Source: Eledone cirrhosa (Eukaryota). From it: a stretch of DNA of 64,000 nucleotides. The stretch is from NCBI GenBank assembly GCA_964016885.1, contig OZ024740.1, positions 319,796,001-319,860,000 on the forward strand, in the 5' to 3' direction. The translations under genes and the position numbers were made by a program. Below are positions 12,128 through 27,274 of the stretch, in pieces. Each line of letters begins with the position of its first letter. Position 1 is the first letter of the stretch. Below the pieces are notes generated by a model that saw only the letters and a list, made by a program, of their open reading frames with translations, did not search any database and was not told where the DNA came from.

Positions 12128-14170
12128 TCCTAGAACCAAGTATACAGATACTATTGCATCCAAATTCAGAGAACTCTTTGAGCAAACTATGGACGTTGAG
12201 AGAGAGTGGAGAATGTTCACCTCAGTAGTTTCTGTTTCAGCTGTTGAATGCTGCGGGTGACTGAGGCTTGATGTGGCGCCGGATGGCAGAAAGACCCCTT
12301 GATTCAATCAAGAAGTCAAAGATGCCATCCATCAAAGAAGGAGGCCTACAAAGCTTGGTTTGGAAATAAGTGCTCCTTCTTGCAGGCACGAAGAATCGCA
12401 GCAAAGATAGTAAAAGCGTCCAAAGTTAAGACATGGGAGGACTTTGAGGTTAAGCTGGAACCCGACTTCAGATCAGCAAATATAATGTTCTGACAGACCA
12501 TCCGCCGATTTCGTAATAAGAATCCCTCCTCCACACCTGCTATGAAGAACGCATCTGGGGTTTTCCTCTCTTCAGAGAGGAACATCCTCACAAGGTGGAG
12601 AGAATACTTTGCTTATATCCTAAACACGATCGCAACATCTCAAGTGCATGAGGTGTATCTGGGAGTGGGGACTAATCTCTAAGTGGCCGAGGTCACAAGA
12701 GCAGTTAAAGAGCTCAAATGTGGCAAAGCCTTAAATAGAGAAGGTATTCTCTGGCTGACTCATGTGTGAAGGGCAGCCTGGATCTCTGGAAAGGCCCCTA
12801 AGCAATGCAATCGGGAGTGATAATTCCAATTTTCGAAAAGAGAGACAAGAGTGATTGTTCCACTTACAGAAGGATATCCTTGTTATGCCTCCCCTGAAAG
12901 TCTATACTGTTTGACAAAGAGATGCAGGGAGATTGTCGAGTCCAAGCTAGCTGATAAACAATATGGTTTCCGCCCTGGACGCAGCACAGCCAACCAAATA
13001 TTCACACAGTGGCAGGTCTTCGAGAAGTCGAGGGAGTATTGCCAAGATATATATTCTTGTTTTCTAGACATTGAAAAGGAATATGGCCGCGTTCTTCAGG
13101 ACCTACTGCGGAAGGCTGTGCAGGAGTATGGGATCGAAGGTCAGCTTCTTGTTGCTCTTATATCTATATACGAATGCCAACTATTTGTGGAAGGATAAAT
13201 CGAAACCATTCAATAGGGGAGTCGGGCTGCGCCAAGGACATGTACTGTCACCGATCCTATTCATTATTTATATGAACAAGCCCGGTGGATTGGCAGTATC
13301 GGTAGAGGGTCGGACGCCATGCTTTGCAGCATAGAGTTACGGCCCTTTATGATCTGAGTTCAGATCCCGCCGATGTGAACTTTGCCTTTCATTCTTACGG
13401 GGTCGATAAAATAAAGTACCAGTAACGCACTGGAGTCGTTTTAATCGATTTTCCCCTCCCCAAAATTGCTGGCCTTGTGCCTATATAAAAAAACCATTAT
13501 ATATATGAACAGGATTGACATGCACAGCCGGGTTGGGGATAGTATCACGACTGGCAGGTGTAAAATCAGACGGCTGGAATGTGCAGACGACATGGTGTTA
13601 CTTAACACGACAGAAGGGAATCTCCGACTTGCACTTCGTAAGTCTGATACCGAGTGCTGCATGGATGGAACATCAGTACTGCGAAAACTGAGGAGACACT
13701 CGTCCTCTCAAGGAAGCCTACGGAGTGCACTGTACATGTAAATGGATTTCCACTGAAGCGGATGGAGATGTCCAACTATCTTGGGGCCTTGATGGAAGGC
13801 AGGAGCCTGAATTAAGTGCAGGAATTGCAGGAGCTGGTGCAGTAATACGCCAGCTCCTGCATTCGGTAATCAGAATAAGTGGAGTAGGTGTAAAAGCGAA
13901 TGTTGCTCCCTCCAGTTCGGTATTCGTGCCAACCCTTATCTATGGTCAGGAATCTTGAGTAATGACTGAAAGAATACGATGGCGAAAACAAGTGGCCGAA
14001 ATGGGGTTTCTCTGAAGAGTCTTTGAAGTAACGTTACTCGATAGAGTGCGTTGCTCGCACATCAGAGTCACTCCAGGTAGAACCGCTACTTCTCCGAATT
14101 GAGAGGTCATAGCTGGGCCAATTTTACTGGTAAAATCCACCGACAGGAGATCCAGGGGAACGGGCATTCG
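12128..14170 (+). pseudogene. Degenerate RTE-clade LINE reverse transcriptase
   Basis: Fragments QYGFRPGRSTANQIF, CFLDIEK, GVGLRQGHVLSPILFIIYM, LECADD; multiple stops and frameshifts. Confidence 0.85.
13279..13494 (+). mobile_element. SINE inserted in the RTE LINE with about 17-bp TSD
   Basis: Flanks cattatttatatgaaca (13262-13278) and cattatatatatgaaca (13495-13511). Confidence 0.8.
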
Positions 14171-14267
14171 ATTCGTGAACATCGCTGTTTGTCCGATCCC
14201 TTATCACTTCAATTTTGGATTACCTCCTTGATTGTAACTTTATTATGTAAGACTATGTTTGAAATGA

Positions 14268-14746
14268 GCTGTGTGGTTACTGTAAACAAAGTTTAAGATG
14301 ATAGTATAGACAAAACAAGAGAAGAAATCCTTCATCAGCTGTAAACCGAGATCATAGATGTTTCGGCGCTTAATACAGGACATCTAACAGCGATCAGTGG
14401 CGCGCCCAAGGCCTTTTATCGATAAAAAATATTCTATTTTTTTCTCGGTTACTCACTTGCATGTTTCATTGTCCTGTCCCCCGCCCCCATTTGGTTTATT
14501 TACCGTTTTTTTTTTCTCTTTCTTCCTCTCTCCTCACTACTTTTCCCCTTTTTTTCTTCTTTTTTATTTTCTTTCCCTCCTGGCCTTTTGATCGATAAAA
14601 GGCCTTGGGCGCGCCGCTGATTGCTTTTAGATGTCCTGTATTAAGCGCCGAAACATCTATGATCTCGGTTTACAGCTGATGGAGGATTTCTTCTCTTGTT
14701 TCGTCCATACTACCTTGTTAAACTTTGTTTACAGTAACCACACAGT
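14268..14746. repeat. Inverted repeat of about 155 bp per arm with pyrimidine-rich spacer
   Basis: 14268-14425 is the reverse complement of 14590-14746 with a few mismatches. Confidence 0.85.
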
Positions 14747-14756
14747 TTATTTCGTT

Positions 14757-14859
<103 letters not shown>

Positions 14860-15053
14860 ATGTGTAAATATATATATATATAGAGAGAGAGACATGTATA
14901 TATATTGCATATGTTATGCTATATACGAGGGTCAGCATTGTTTCCGGTTTTTTTTTACAACGGACTACCTTTTATTTTCTGTATCTATCGTGAAATTAAT
15001 AAGACATTTTGTATCTTTGTTTTGTCATTTCTTTGAACTATATATGTATATCA

Positions 15054-15143
15054 CCAGTCTGAGGAGCAGATCGATAGTGGGGCTAACTCCATAATTCCTA
15101 TGGGTTACATTGAGCCAATCCTCTGCGAAACGCGCGTAACAGG
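15054..15143 (+). ncRNA. Type I hammerhead ribozyme with long stem II
   Basis: ccagt-CTGAGGA-gcaga[51 nt]tctgc-GAAA-cgcgcg-TA-acagg; palindromic stem III; one stem I mismatch. Confidence 0.7.
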
Positions 15144-15409
15144 TCGATACACATCAAATATATTATATATGTAAACGAAACTTCCTCGTTTTTTTTTTCT
15201 ATTATATACACTCTACATGTGCATAGAGTGCTTGATTTGGTACCATCACCACTATTTCATTGTACTACCTACACTATATATATATGTGTGTGTGTATATG
15301 TGTGTGTGTATGTGTGTATGTGTATGTGTGTGTGTATGTGTATGTATGTTTGTGCATGTGTGAGTGTGTGTGTGTGTTGCAAAAAAGGAGAGATGGTTAG
15401 CACTCCCCT

Positions 15410-15560
15410 CGGCTTAGTGGTTAGGGCATTGGGTTTGCAATCGAAAGGTTGTGAGTTCAATTCTCGGACCGGGTGATATGTTGTTTCCTTGAGCAAGACA
15501 CTTTATTTCACGTTGCTCCAGTTTACTCAGCTGTAGAATTGAGATCATAGGACTGGGGTC
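15410..15560 (+). mobile_element. tRNA-derived CORE-like SINE
   Basis: ggcttagtggttagggc A box, gagttcaattc B box, ccttgagcaagacact core. Confidence 0.75.
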
Positions 15561-15959
15561 CCTATCATTAAATTACCCAAGACACCTCCAACGAGATATA
15601 CCTTGGAAGAGGCCAGCTAAACCTGCATAGGTGCGAGCTGTCACACACACACACACACATACACACACCCACACACACTCTCCTTGACATGGACGGAAAA
15701 GATATGATCTTTCTAACAATTCTGCTACTTGACAGTAGCCTATCCTTTACAATGGCGATGCTCAGTATCACCTAAAGTTGTCGGCTGGAATACATAATAG
15801 AGTAATATCTATTGACCTGTCTTCTTGCACCTGTATATATATATATATCGATATATATCTGTGTCTGTCCAATATTTTATATACGTATATATGTTATAAA
15901 CATTCTTTTATATATTGTACAGATATCATAAACATGGTATATACAGAATTTAATACATT

Positions 15960-16462
15960 CACATGTATTCGGTATTCGTTTCAACCCTTACCCATAGTCA
16001 CGAATCTTGGGTAATGACAATGGCGGAAAGAATACGATCGCGAATACAAGCGGTCGAAATAGGATTCCTCCGAAGGGACTTTGGTGTAATGTTACTCGAT
16101 AAAGTGCGTAACTCGGAGATCAGAGAGTCACTCCAGGTATAGCCGCTACTTCTCCGAATTGAGAGATCACAGCTCTGATACTATGGGCATGTGGTTAGAA
16201 CGTCTCAGGAAAGAGATCGCAGGACAGATTTTATGGGCAAAACCAACAGGTAGGAGACCAGGGGTAGACCTCGTGCATGATGGTTGGGTAACATCCATGA
16301 GCCTGGTTGATCCAGCAGGATCAGTTGGAGACAGTTGCTTCAGACAGGACCCGCTGGAAGGAGTGTTTGAGACTCTGTCCCCATGACCCTCTGTGGAAGA
16401 AGAAGAAGAAGAAGAAGAAGAAGAAGAAGAAGAAGAAGAAGAAGAAGAAGAAGAAGAAGAAG
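15960..16462 (+). mobile_element. RTE LINE 3' fragment with (GAA)n tail
   Basis: Homologous to 13915-14110; encodes GRRPG..W-type C-terminal motif; GAA tail. Confidence 0.8.
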
Positions 16463-16797
16463 AATATACAGATATATATCATACAATGTAAGGGTTTAGT
16501 CTCCTTGCAGTACGTTGTGCCTCTGTCCTGAAACAATATAATTTATTTCACGTTGATCCATTCCAGTCACCAGGCAAAGGAACAGTCTTGTCACACACTG
16601 TGTCACGCTTAATCTCTCAAAGAATGACGTTAAAGATACACGTGTCAGTAGAATGCTCAACCACTTGCATGTTAATTTCACGAGTAGTCTGTTCCCTGTT
16701 CAAACAACTGGAACACTCATCGTCGGAACTGACGGAGGTCCAACAATGCTGTATAATATAATACCAGAATGTAGCAAAAGCAGTATAATACATAAAA

Positions 16798-16991
16798 TAC
16801 AGCATTGCGTAATACTAGACACATACTTTATGTTTGGCGTATAAAACGTATTTTAACCTCAAATGTTCATTTCAAAACCTGCCTGCGTCATAGTCACCGC
16901 CAATGCTACTATAATTTTTCCCAAGTTTTTTTCTTCAAACTAAGAGTGAGTCTTATACAAAGGTGCGTCTTATATTCTGAGAAATACTGTA
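16798..16991. mobile_element. pogo/Tigger-like MITE relic
   Basis: Right end gcgtcttatattctgagaaatactgta, degenerate left end, TA flanks. Confidence 0.45.
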
Positions 16992-17473
16992 ATTCATATA
17001 TTAGAATGCGCACGTTGTTCATTATATAATATAATATAATATAATATAATATAATATAATATAATGTAATATAATGTAATATAATGTAATATAATATAAT
17101 ATAATATAATAAAATATAATGTAATATAATATAATATAATGTAATATAATATATATTAACAAAGTTATCTTGACGATCGAGTTTGAAGCACGAGTGTATT
17201 AGAATGTGTAGTATAATGACAAGAATTCAACGAAAGAAGCTGTGAAAACAACAAAATGCCGTCATCGAGAGCGTGTGTTAAAATTTACCACAAAGGATAG
17301 AAATCAACGGCTAGAAGTCTGTTGGACCGCAGAAGTGATAGGAAGAATGGAAAAAGGGAAGAAAATGGACGAGACAAGAGCACACATAGATTTCATACCT
17401 CATCAGCTCTTAGACCGACTGTTGTTTCACACGATTTAACTTAATATATATCAAGGTATAATATAACATATAA

Positions 17474-17820
17474 TTCTTTCTACTTTTGGCACAAGGCCAG
17501 CAATTATCCCAGTGCATTACTTGTACATCATTTTATCGACCCTGTAATGGTGAAAGGAAAAGGTAACCTCGGCGGCATTTGAACTCAGAACGTAAATGGG
17601 CGTAACTCTATGCTAAAAAGCATGGCGTCCGATCCTCTACCGATACTGCCAGTCCACCACCAGTAATTATCCCAGTGCATTACTGATACTTTATTTTAAC
17701 GACCTCATAAGGATGAACGGCAAAGTTAACCTCGGCTGGATTTGAACTCAGACCGTATAAGGGTGTAACTCTATGCTGCAAAGCATAGCCTCCGATCCTC
17801 TACCGATACTGCCAAAATAC
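17474..17820 (-). mobile_element. Two tandem SINE copies
   Basis: Two consecutive family cores. Confidence 0.75.
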
Positions 17821-17874
17821 CTACACATTAGAGTATGCACAAGACATGCAACATACATTTTATGATTTATTAGA

Positions 17875-18042
<168 letters not shown>

Positions 18043-18083
18043 GAGAGTAAAACAAAGAATCCTTTAATACATCAAAAGTTTTT

Positions 18084-18128
18084 ATTAGCCGACAATGTTT
18101 CGTCCTATTAAGGACTCATCAGGGCAAT
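18084..18128 (-). ncRNA. Type I hammerhead ribozyme, intact core
   Basis: attgcc-CTGATGA-gtcct(taat)aggac-GAAA-cattg-TC-ggctaat. Confidence 0.88.
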
Positions 18129-18408
18129 CAAAACAACAAGAAGTAATATCGGCAGATACAAGCCGGAATCTCCGAAGAATATGGAGTGTACATACACTAA
18201 AGTCTTGCAAAAATATATGATAATAAAAATAAAAATAAAAATAATAAAAATATATAATAAGAATAACCAAGGATGTATATAACATTAAGAACCATATTAC
18301 AAATATAGTCCAAAGCAACTAACCTAAATCTAAACAAATTTGGTTATATAGAGCAGGAATTATATATAACACAATGTAATATAACATAATACATTATAAT
18401 AATATAAC

Positions 18409-19590
18409 ATGGCCATGAATGGGAGTAGCAAATATAGTAACCGTAGAAATTATATAGGTGTATCTGAACCCACCCATAAGTTAACCCACCGGACTCGTAA
18501 TAGCAAATATAATATCTCTAGGAGACAAGTTGAACCCCCTGTGCGCTCACGCATTGGTGTTGGTTTTGCTGGACCTTATTCTAATAATGTTGCTCCTACT
18601 GATCCTATCATTGGCCCTAATCCTCTTGAAGGGATTCCGGACAGCAGCAGATCTACTGGAGGTAGAGACTATAATAGACATAACGAAATTATGGCTGATT
18701 CTATAAATGTGGCTTCAACTAATCCTGATAGTAACCCTAGTCTCGACGGTGGGACATTTGATAAAGGTAGGGTCGGTAAGAATAAAAATAAAAATAGAAG
18801 GCGATTAAATACTTATTTCAACCCGCCATACAATCAGGATGTATCAACTAATATCCCTAGGTCTTTCTTCACTATCTTAGAGAAAAATTTCCCCCCTTCT
18901 CATAAATACCATGGTATTTTTAATAAAAATGTTATTAAACTCTCATTCTCTACCACCCCTAATATTAGTTCTCATTTAGCTAGCACTAATAATAGGAAAA
19001 TTAGGGATGGTTTCTCCTCTCTACATACTACTAGTCTGAACGGATCTGACAATGCTTTACCACCAGAACAGTCCTTATCTAATGGAGGTCCTACGTGTAA
19101 TACATCACCACTCGAGCCAACCAATAACACCCGGAAGTGCAATTGTAGAGTGAGTGCTAACTGCCCTCTAAAAGGTAACTGCCTTTCTAAGAACATTGTC
19201 TACGCTTGCGAAGTTATAACTAATTCCTCTAATAGAACTTATATAGGATCTACTTCAAACACTTTTAAGACTAGGTTTAACTCTCATATCTCTAACTTCA
19301 AACATGTTAGGTTTAAGAATTCTACTTCTTTAGCGCATTATATCTGGGATCTTAAGGGAGCTTATATACCATATAGCCTTAACTGGCGTTTAGTAGCACG
19401 CTCTAACCACCTTTCTACACATAGTAAGTTTTGTAATCTCTGTATACTTGAGACACACTCTATAATTTTCTCTAGCGTATCCTTACTTAATAGAAAGTCT
19501 GAGATATTCTCTTCTTGCCCCCACGCCATTTCTAATTCTTATTTTTATTATAAACCCAAACGTTCTAGTAGTACAAATTGTACCCATTAG
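18409..19590 (+). CDS. C-terminal PLE fragment: linker, CxC motif and GIY-YIG endonuclease
   Basis: YFNPPY..NFPPSHKY, CNCRVSANCPLKGNC, IVYAC..YIGST..KTRFNSH, CNLCILE. Confidence 0.88.
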   Translation: MAMNGSSKYSNRRNYIGVSEPTHKLTHRTRNSKYNISRRQVEPPVRSRIGVGFAGPYSNNVAPTDPIIGPNPLEGIPDSSRSTGGRDYNRHNEIMADSINVASTNPDSNPSLDGGTFDKGRVGKNKNKNRRRLNTYFNPPYNQDVSTNIPRSFFTILEKNFPPSHKYHGIFNKNVIKLSFSTTPNISSHLASTNNRKIRDGFSSLHTTSLNGSDNALPPEQSLSNGGPTCNTSPLEPTNNTRKCNCRVSANCPLKGNCLSKNIVYACEVITNSSNRTYIGSTSNTFKTRFNSHISNFKHVRFKNSTSLAHYIWDLKGAYIPYSLNWRLVARSNHLSTHSKFCNLCILETHSIIFSSVSLLNRKSEIFSSCPHAISNSYFYYKPKRSSSTNCTH

Positions 19591-21123
19591 CAGATATATT
19601 CCATTACTTAGTTTTTAGTTTAGGTTCTTTTGTTTGCCAACATTATTGTTATCATCATTATTACCATTGGTTTTTAACGACTCTTCATTCTAGCGCTCAT
19701 AATCATTTGGCTACTGTACCATATCTATGTTTTCACTATTACACCTTGTTAATATATATAAGATTACACACTTTACGCCACTTACGTTATTCAATTATTA
19801 TCTTTATTTTTATTTTTATTATTAATTTTATTTTTAATTCTATTCTATTTTTATTTTTAATTTTATTCAGATTCATCTTTGGATAACCCCCTCCCCTCCC
19901 CCTTCCCCCCTCCCTCCATGCGCGCATAAACTTATTGTCAACCCCTCCAGATTACTATGATTATATTTAACCCCCCCCCTCTTTTACGCTCCGTTCTATT
20001 ATTTATTATAGTATATCGACTATATTTTATGCCCCTTCGCACCCTCCATATATTTCATCAATTCTGTCCCCATTAGCCTACCTTAATTCTACTTAAGTCA
20101 GTTTTTTAGATATCGTTACTATTTACGATAGTAAAAAATTTCATTCCTTTTTGTAAACATTTGTAACGAAACATTAAAGTTTATAAACTTTAATGACTTA
20201 AACTACAGCTAATATTAGACTACCCTATTCGATAGTTTTGATATTTTTAATATTAATTTATCAAATAGGTTTTTGAGTCAATTAAAATGATTGTTTTCCT
20301 TAGTGTTTACCTAACTTCTTAACCGCATGTGAGGCCTAAGTGTGTATATATTTGCTTTTGTTTTGTAATTTCCGGTTGATTATATTTATTTATTTTATTC
20401 TATATTCTATTTACTATTCACTGTCTGGCTTTACTCACACATCCACATATGTCTGTCTACTAACCTTGTAATTATAAGTATTTGTATATTATTTTATGTC
20501 AATTTATAATATATTATATTATATTGTATTGTAATATTGATCCTTATTACTTACTGTTCATTATATGTAACATTATGATATTTAAACTTTATATATCATA
20601 TATATCATGTAAGATGTCTGTATTTTTGTAATATTGTAATATTGATCCTTATTACTTACTGTTCATTATATGTAACATTATGATATTTAGACTTTACATA
20701 TCATGTAAGATGTCTGTATATTTTTTTCTATACCATCATCATTTTTCCTGTACTATTATAGTGTTTTTTGTGTATTATATAATTTATTTTTCCTCATTTA
20801 CTCTGTAACCCAGTATGAATCGATTTGTATATATTGTTTATTGTAAATGTTAGTACACTGTTAACATATTATCATTGTATTTTATTGTGACATCTATATT
20901 GTTTCTGTAAATTAACCGGGGATTATCTATTATATTATATTGAATTATATAATCTTATTGTTTATTATTTATTATATGTGTCTCTTGTAATTATATCATA
21001 TTATTGCCTCATGTATATTGGGTAGATGTATTGGTATTATTTTCACTCTTATCATGCTTATCTTTATATGCAAACTTCTAATAAGGCTTAACTTGTGTAG
21101 TTGAACATAGATGTGCGTGTTGT

Positions 21124-21164
<41 letters not shown>

Positions 21165-21505
21165 ACATATATACATGTATATATTGTACCTTTTGATTTT
21201 TAATTGTAATTTTAATGTTGGTAAAGGTATATTATTATAATGTATTATGTTATATTACATTGTGTTATATATAATTCCTGCTCTATATAACCAAATTTGT
21301 TTAGATTTAGGTTAGTTGCTTTGGACTATATTTGTAATATGGTTCTTAATGTTATATACATCCTTGGTTATTCTTATTATATATTTTTATTATTTTTATT
21401 TTTATTTTTATTATCATATATTTTTGCAAGACTTTAGTGTATGTACACTCCATATTCTTCGGAGATTCCGGCTTGTATCTGCCGATATTACTTCTTGTTG
21501 TTTTG

Positions 21506-21550
21506 ATTGCCCCGATGAGTCCTTAATAGGACGAAACATTGTCGGCTAAT
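21506..21550 (+). ncRNA. Type I hammerhead with U4-to-C core change
   Basis: attgcc-CCGATGA-gtcct(taat)aggac-GAAA-cattg-TC-ggctaat. Confidence 0.75.
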
Positions 21551-21693
21551 AAAAACTTTTGATGTATTAAAGGATTCTTTGTTTTACTCTCTTAATTTTT
21601 TGGCTCTGTTTAACTGCATTGAGCTATACCTTTTACTGTCATTTCTATAATACGAAGAGGGTGTTTAACTCCAACACGCTCCAGTATTCTAAT

Positions 21694-21764
<71 letters not shown>

Positions 21765-22184
21765 ATACAATAAAAGAGATAGCTTAACGCTAAACTCCGA
21801 CTGGTAACCATCTCACTCAACAAACATTAGGTTATATGTTAGTATAACCCAATTTAAGTGTTTGGGGTGCTAACTATATGTATTTTGTGGAAAGTCAGTT
21901 GTATTATTTTATGAGATATAATTAAAGTTAAAATATATCTCTCTTTCCAAACAATTGTTTTATTATAAGTTTTCTACAAGTTGGGAGAATGTTTCCAGTT
22001 TATGTAGAAGGCTAACATATATTCATGTAAGAATATATTTAGGTGGGCACTTATAAATCTTCAGTGGAAGCCCATTAAACTTTGAAATAAGAAAAAATTC
22101 TTACCGCAGTTAAAAATCGTGTCCGAGAGGAAGATTAAGAGGGATGAGGAAGCAGAGGGGGATAGAAATTAATTATGAATTTGA

Positions 22185-22359
<175 letters not shown>

Positions 22360-22726
22360 GAAGTTGGAAACAGCACGGAAAATATATTATAGGTTTTGAT
22401 TTTTCTTTTTTCTTTTTTTCCTTTCTTTGATTCGTCAAAGTGACATTATTAAAAAGATGTCATTATTGAAAAAATGAGGAACAATTGTTTTTAAAAAGAG
22501 TTTTATAATGTATATAAAGTATATAAAGTATGACTGGCTTCAATGTATTATTAAAATTCATCTTATCAAATGTTGAGTATTACAATTAAAAAGAATTAAT
22601 AAGAATTAAAAACTAAAAATTAAAGATTTAAAATTAAGTGTTAGCATAAGATTTTTTTCCATCTCTCTTGCTGAGTAGGGGACTGGAGAATGAATTCTCG
22701 TGTATATAGAGAGAGTTGTGTTGTCA

Positions 22727-22818
<92 letters not shown>

Positions 22819-23029
22819 ATAACACTTACGCCAACATCGGTAATCCGATAAGAGTCTGTGACAACTACTTATCATGCACAGTTTAAGCGTACGGTGCTGT
22901 GTGACTCAACAAGAAGTTTATGTTGGTGACCATTTTATGACTTCGCTTGTATTCCTATGTAAATATATCTTGGAGTAATAAAAAAATGAAGAATAATATG
23001 GTCGACAGTACAAACAAGGATATTTATTT

Positions 23030-23140
23030 ACAGTCTTACAATTGTTTCCATGATAGAGTTGTTTATAAGTTGCTAAATGCTGGAGACAGTATAATTCAAT
23101 TTACAATACTTATAACTTCAACCATTTCATCAGAAACTAT
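23030..23140 (-). ncRNA. Type I hammerhead with long stem II, in a PLE 3'-region relic (about 22820-24400)
   Basis: atagttt-CTGATGA-[79 nt incl. ttataagt/acttataa]-GAAA-caattg-TA-agactgt. Confidence 0.7.
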
Positions 23141-23500
23141 TAAGAAATATAAAACATATGCGAAACGGTAAACTTAAAAATTCAAATTACTACATCAATA
23201 ATAGTATTAATGATGAATAAATAAAGGAAGGGGGACAGATGGAAATGAGAGAGAAAGAAAGAAAATGACGAAAGAAGGAACGAAGATATAGTTAAATGTA
23301 TAACCGGCAAAAGTTACGAAATCAAACTATCACATCAAAATAAATATAATATTAATAATAATAAAGATATATATAGAAAGAAAGAAGGGGGGATATATCA
23401 TAGGAAAATAGGAAGGATAAGTAAGGAAGATAAGAAAGAGATAGAGGAAGATTAAGAGGGGTGAGGAAGCAGAGGAGGATAGAAATTAATCATGAATTTG

Positions 23501-23595
<95 letters not shown>

Positions 23596-23609
23596 ATATA
23601 TATATATAC

Positions 23610-23658
<49 letters not shown>

Positions 23659-23806
23659 TACATATATATGTATACATATATATGTATACATATATATGTA
23701 TATATATATATACTTATATACATATATATATGTATATATATATATATACATATATGTATATATATACATATACATATATATATATACATGCATGTATATA
23801 TATATG

Positions 23807-23924
<118 letters not shown>

Positions 23925-23987
23925 CATATATATGTAGACATATATATGTATACATATATATGTATATATATATATATACATATATAC

Positions 23988-24048
<61 letters not shown>

Positions 24049-24091
24049 CATGTATATACATATATATATGTATATATATATATATATATAT

Positions 24092-24137
<46 letters not shown>

Positions 24138-24159
24138 GATTTGATTGACTTTACCCCCC

Positions 24160-24200
<41 letters not shown>

Positions 24201-24554
24201 TACAAAAGTTACGAAATCAAACTATCACATCAAAATAAATATAATATTAATAATAATAAAGATATATATAGAAAGAAAGAAGGGGGGATATATGATAGGA
24301 AAATAGGAAGGATAAGTAAGGAAGATAAGAAAGAGATAGAGGAAGATTAAGAGGGGTGAGGAAGCAGAGGAGGATAGAAATTAATCATAAATTTGGGGAT
24401 ATATATATATATATATATATATGGGGTTCTTAACCCCACTATCAGGCTAAATAATTTCTTTAATTTCTTTAGTCAAAATACGGCGATAGCTTACATTTAT
24501 AATAATTTCAAACCCGCTCGCTGTTTCGAAACTATTCTTCCATACATATATATA

Positions 24555-24757
<203 letters not shown>

Positions 24758-24769
24758 ATAAATATATAT

Positions 24770-26284
24770 TAGGTATAGGATTATCCTGGATCCAGTAATG
24801 GTTAATTACTACACTGGATAGGGTTGACGTACGGTGAGAGGTTACTCAACCAGTTATGGAAGAATAGTTGAAGAAACTCAGTTCCTGATCCTTCTGTATT
24901 CTGGAGTGTAGATAAAGAATGAATAATAACAGGTAGACATCACAAAAAGATAATTTATTCTGTTTCCACGGTGGTTATACAGCCTAGTTATGCTATGTGA
25001 AAATTTATAACTATTTGCAAAACTACATAAAAACTCAACTTAAAGCAATTAAACAACACTACAAAACAAAATATTTTAATAACAGATGAGCATAACGTAG
25101 TATCGGCCTCCCAACCACTAAATGGGAGACGGGTATTACACAACCCACCTGTACTGCTATCCCAACCTATCCATGGTATACCCGCTACCCACAACAAAAG
25201 CTGTAACTGCCATCTACCTGAACGATGTCCATTGAAGAATAAATGCCTAAAGTCCAACATTGTTTACCAATGCACTGTTGAATCGAACGACTAGAAATGG
25301 TATTACATCGGGTCTACCACTACCTCCTTTAAATCTCGCTGGTATCGTCATCGATTCTCAATTAAACATCCTAATCACCGTTTTGTGACCACGCTCGCCA
25401 ACAAGACCTGGCAACTCGTGAACGCAACCAACAGTTCACCTTGAAATGGGATATACTTTCCAGCGCTAGTGCATATCGGAGTGGATTGAAGTACTGTAGG
25501 TTATGTAACCTTGAACTCTTTTACATCTTAAAATCCAAAAATAAATTACTAAATCATAGAATCGAACGATCATTATACTGCAACCACAAACTTAAGCCTA
25601 AATTCTCTCGCTATAAAATAACTTAACATTCGAACCAGTAACTATAACATTGCTTTCTAGCTAACCACTTTCTCTTCCCCCACACTACAAGACAATACCC
25701 TGCTTATAAATGGAAACTTAGTGCAATTTATAGACTACTACTATGAACTCAATGTACACCCAACCCATAGCTTTCGTCTGTCCCATCTCTATCTCTCCCT
25801 CTCTATCCATTCCATCTCTCTCTCTCGCCCTAGGTCCACCTCCCTCCCTCTCCACATCTTTGAACCTGCCCTCTGTGGCAATAAATAATTCCAACCTTGA
25901 CTATCAACGCATCGCTTAAGGTGGTCGCTTTAAGAGTAACCAGTATAATAAAACCCCTACCACAACATTTTGATTAAGATATCTACAAACCACTCTCTCC
26001 CATTTCTCCAGCCCCTGTATATCTCTCTCTCTCTCCCTCTCCCCTTCTTTTCTCTCTTCCTTTTCTACTCTATCTTCCCTAATAACCTCACTTAAGGATA
26101 TTTACATTGTACATTTTACCCATTCTGCTCTGATGATACAGTGGTCACAGCATTTGATAATTGAGTTTTGCAAATAGTTATAAATTTGCACATAGCATAA
26201 CTAGGCTGTATAACCACCGTGGAAACATTTGTAAGCACACAGAATAAATTACCTTTTTATGATGTCTACCTCTTATTATTCATT

Positions 26285-26290
<6 letters not shown>
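24770..26290 (+). mobile_element. Degenerate PLE 3' fragment (CxC + GIY-YIG) with inverted 3' copy
   Basis: CNCHLPERCPLKNKC..IVYQC..YIGST at about 25200-25626 with stop and frameshift; 24910-25024 is inverted relative to 26165-26290; (TA)n flanks. Confidence 0.85.
26126..26237 (+). ncRNA. Type I hammerhead with 85-nt branched stem II
   Basis: tgct-CTGATGA-tacagtggt..accaccgtg-GAAA-catttg-TA-agca. Confidence 0.68.
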
Positions 26291-26331
<41 letters not shown>

Positions 26332-26454
26332 TAAAAATATATATATATATATATATATACAATATTAAATAAATGGAAAACTATATTTATAAATATTTAC
26401 TAGTTGTAACCCAACAATTTTAAATATAACTTTACATATATATATATATATATA

Positions 26455-27052
<598 letters not shown>

Positions 27053-27097
27053 TCTCAGTCGACATTCGTAAATATATATATATATATATATAAAAAG

Positions 27098-27265
27098 GAT
27101 CGATCGACTTTCGTCAAATCGGACCGAGGAAACAATGTTTTCATCTGTCTTTCCAGTTGCTAATACTATTTGTCGGTAGAAGGAACAACGTGAAATAAAG
27201 TGTCTTGCTCAAGGACATAACGTATCACCCGGTCCAGGAATCGAACTCACAACCTCAAGATTGTG
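27098..27265 (-). mobile_element. CORE-like SINE
   Basis: Same family as 32297-32512 in reverse orientation. Confidence 0.7.
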
Positions 27266-27274
27266 GATCCAATT

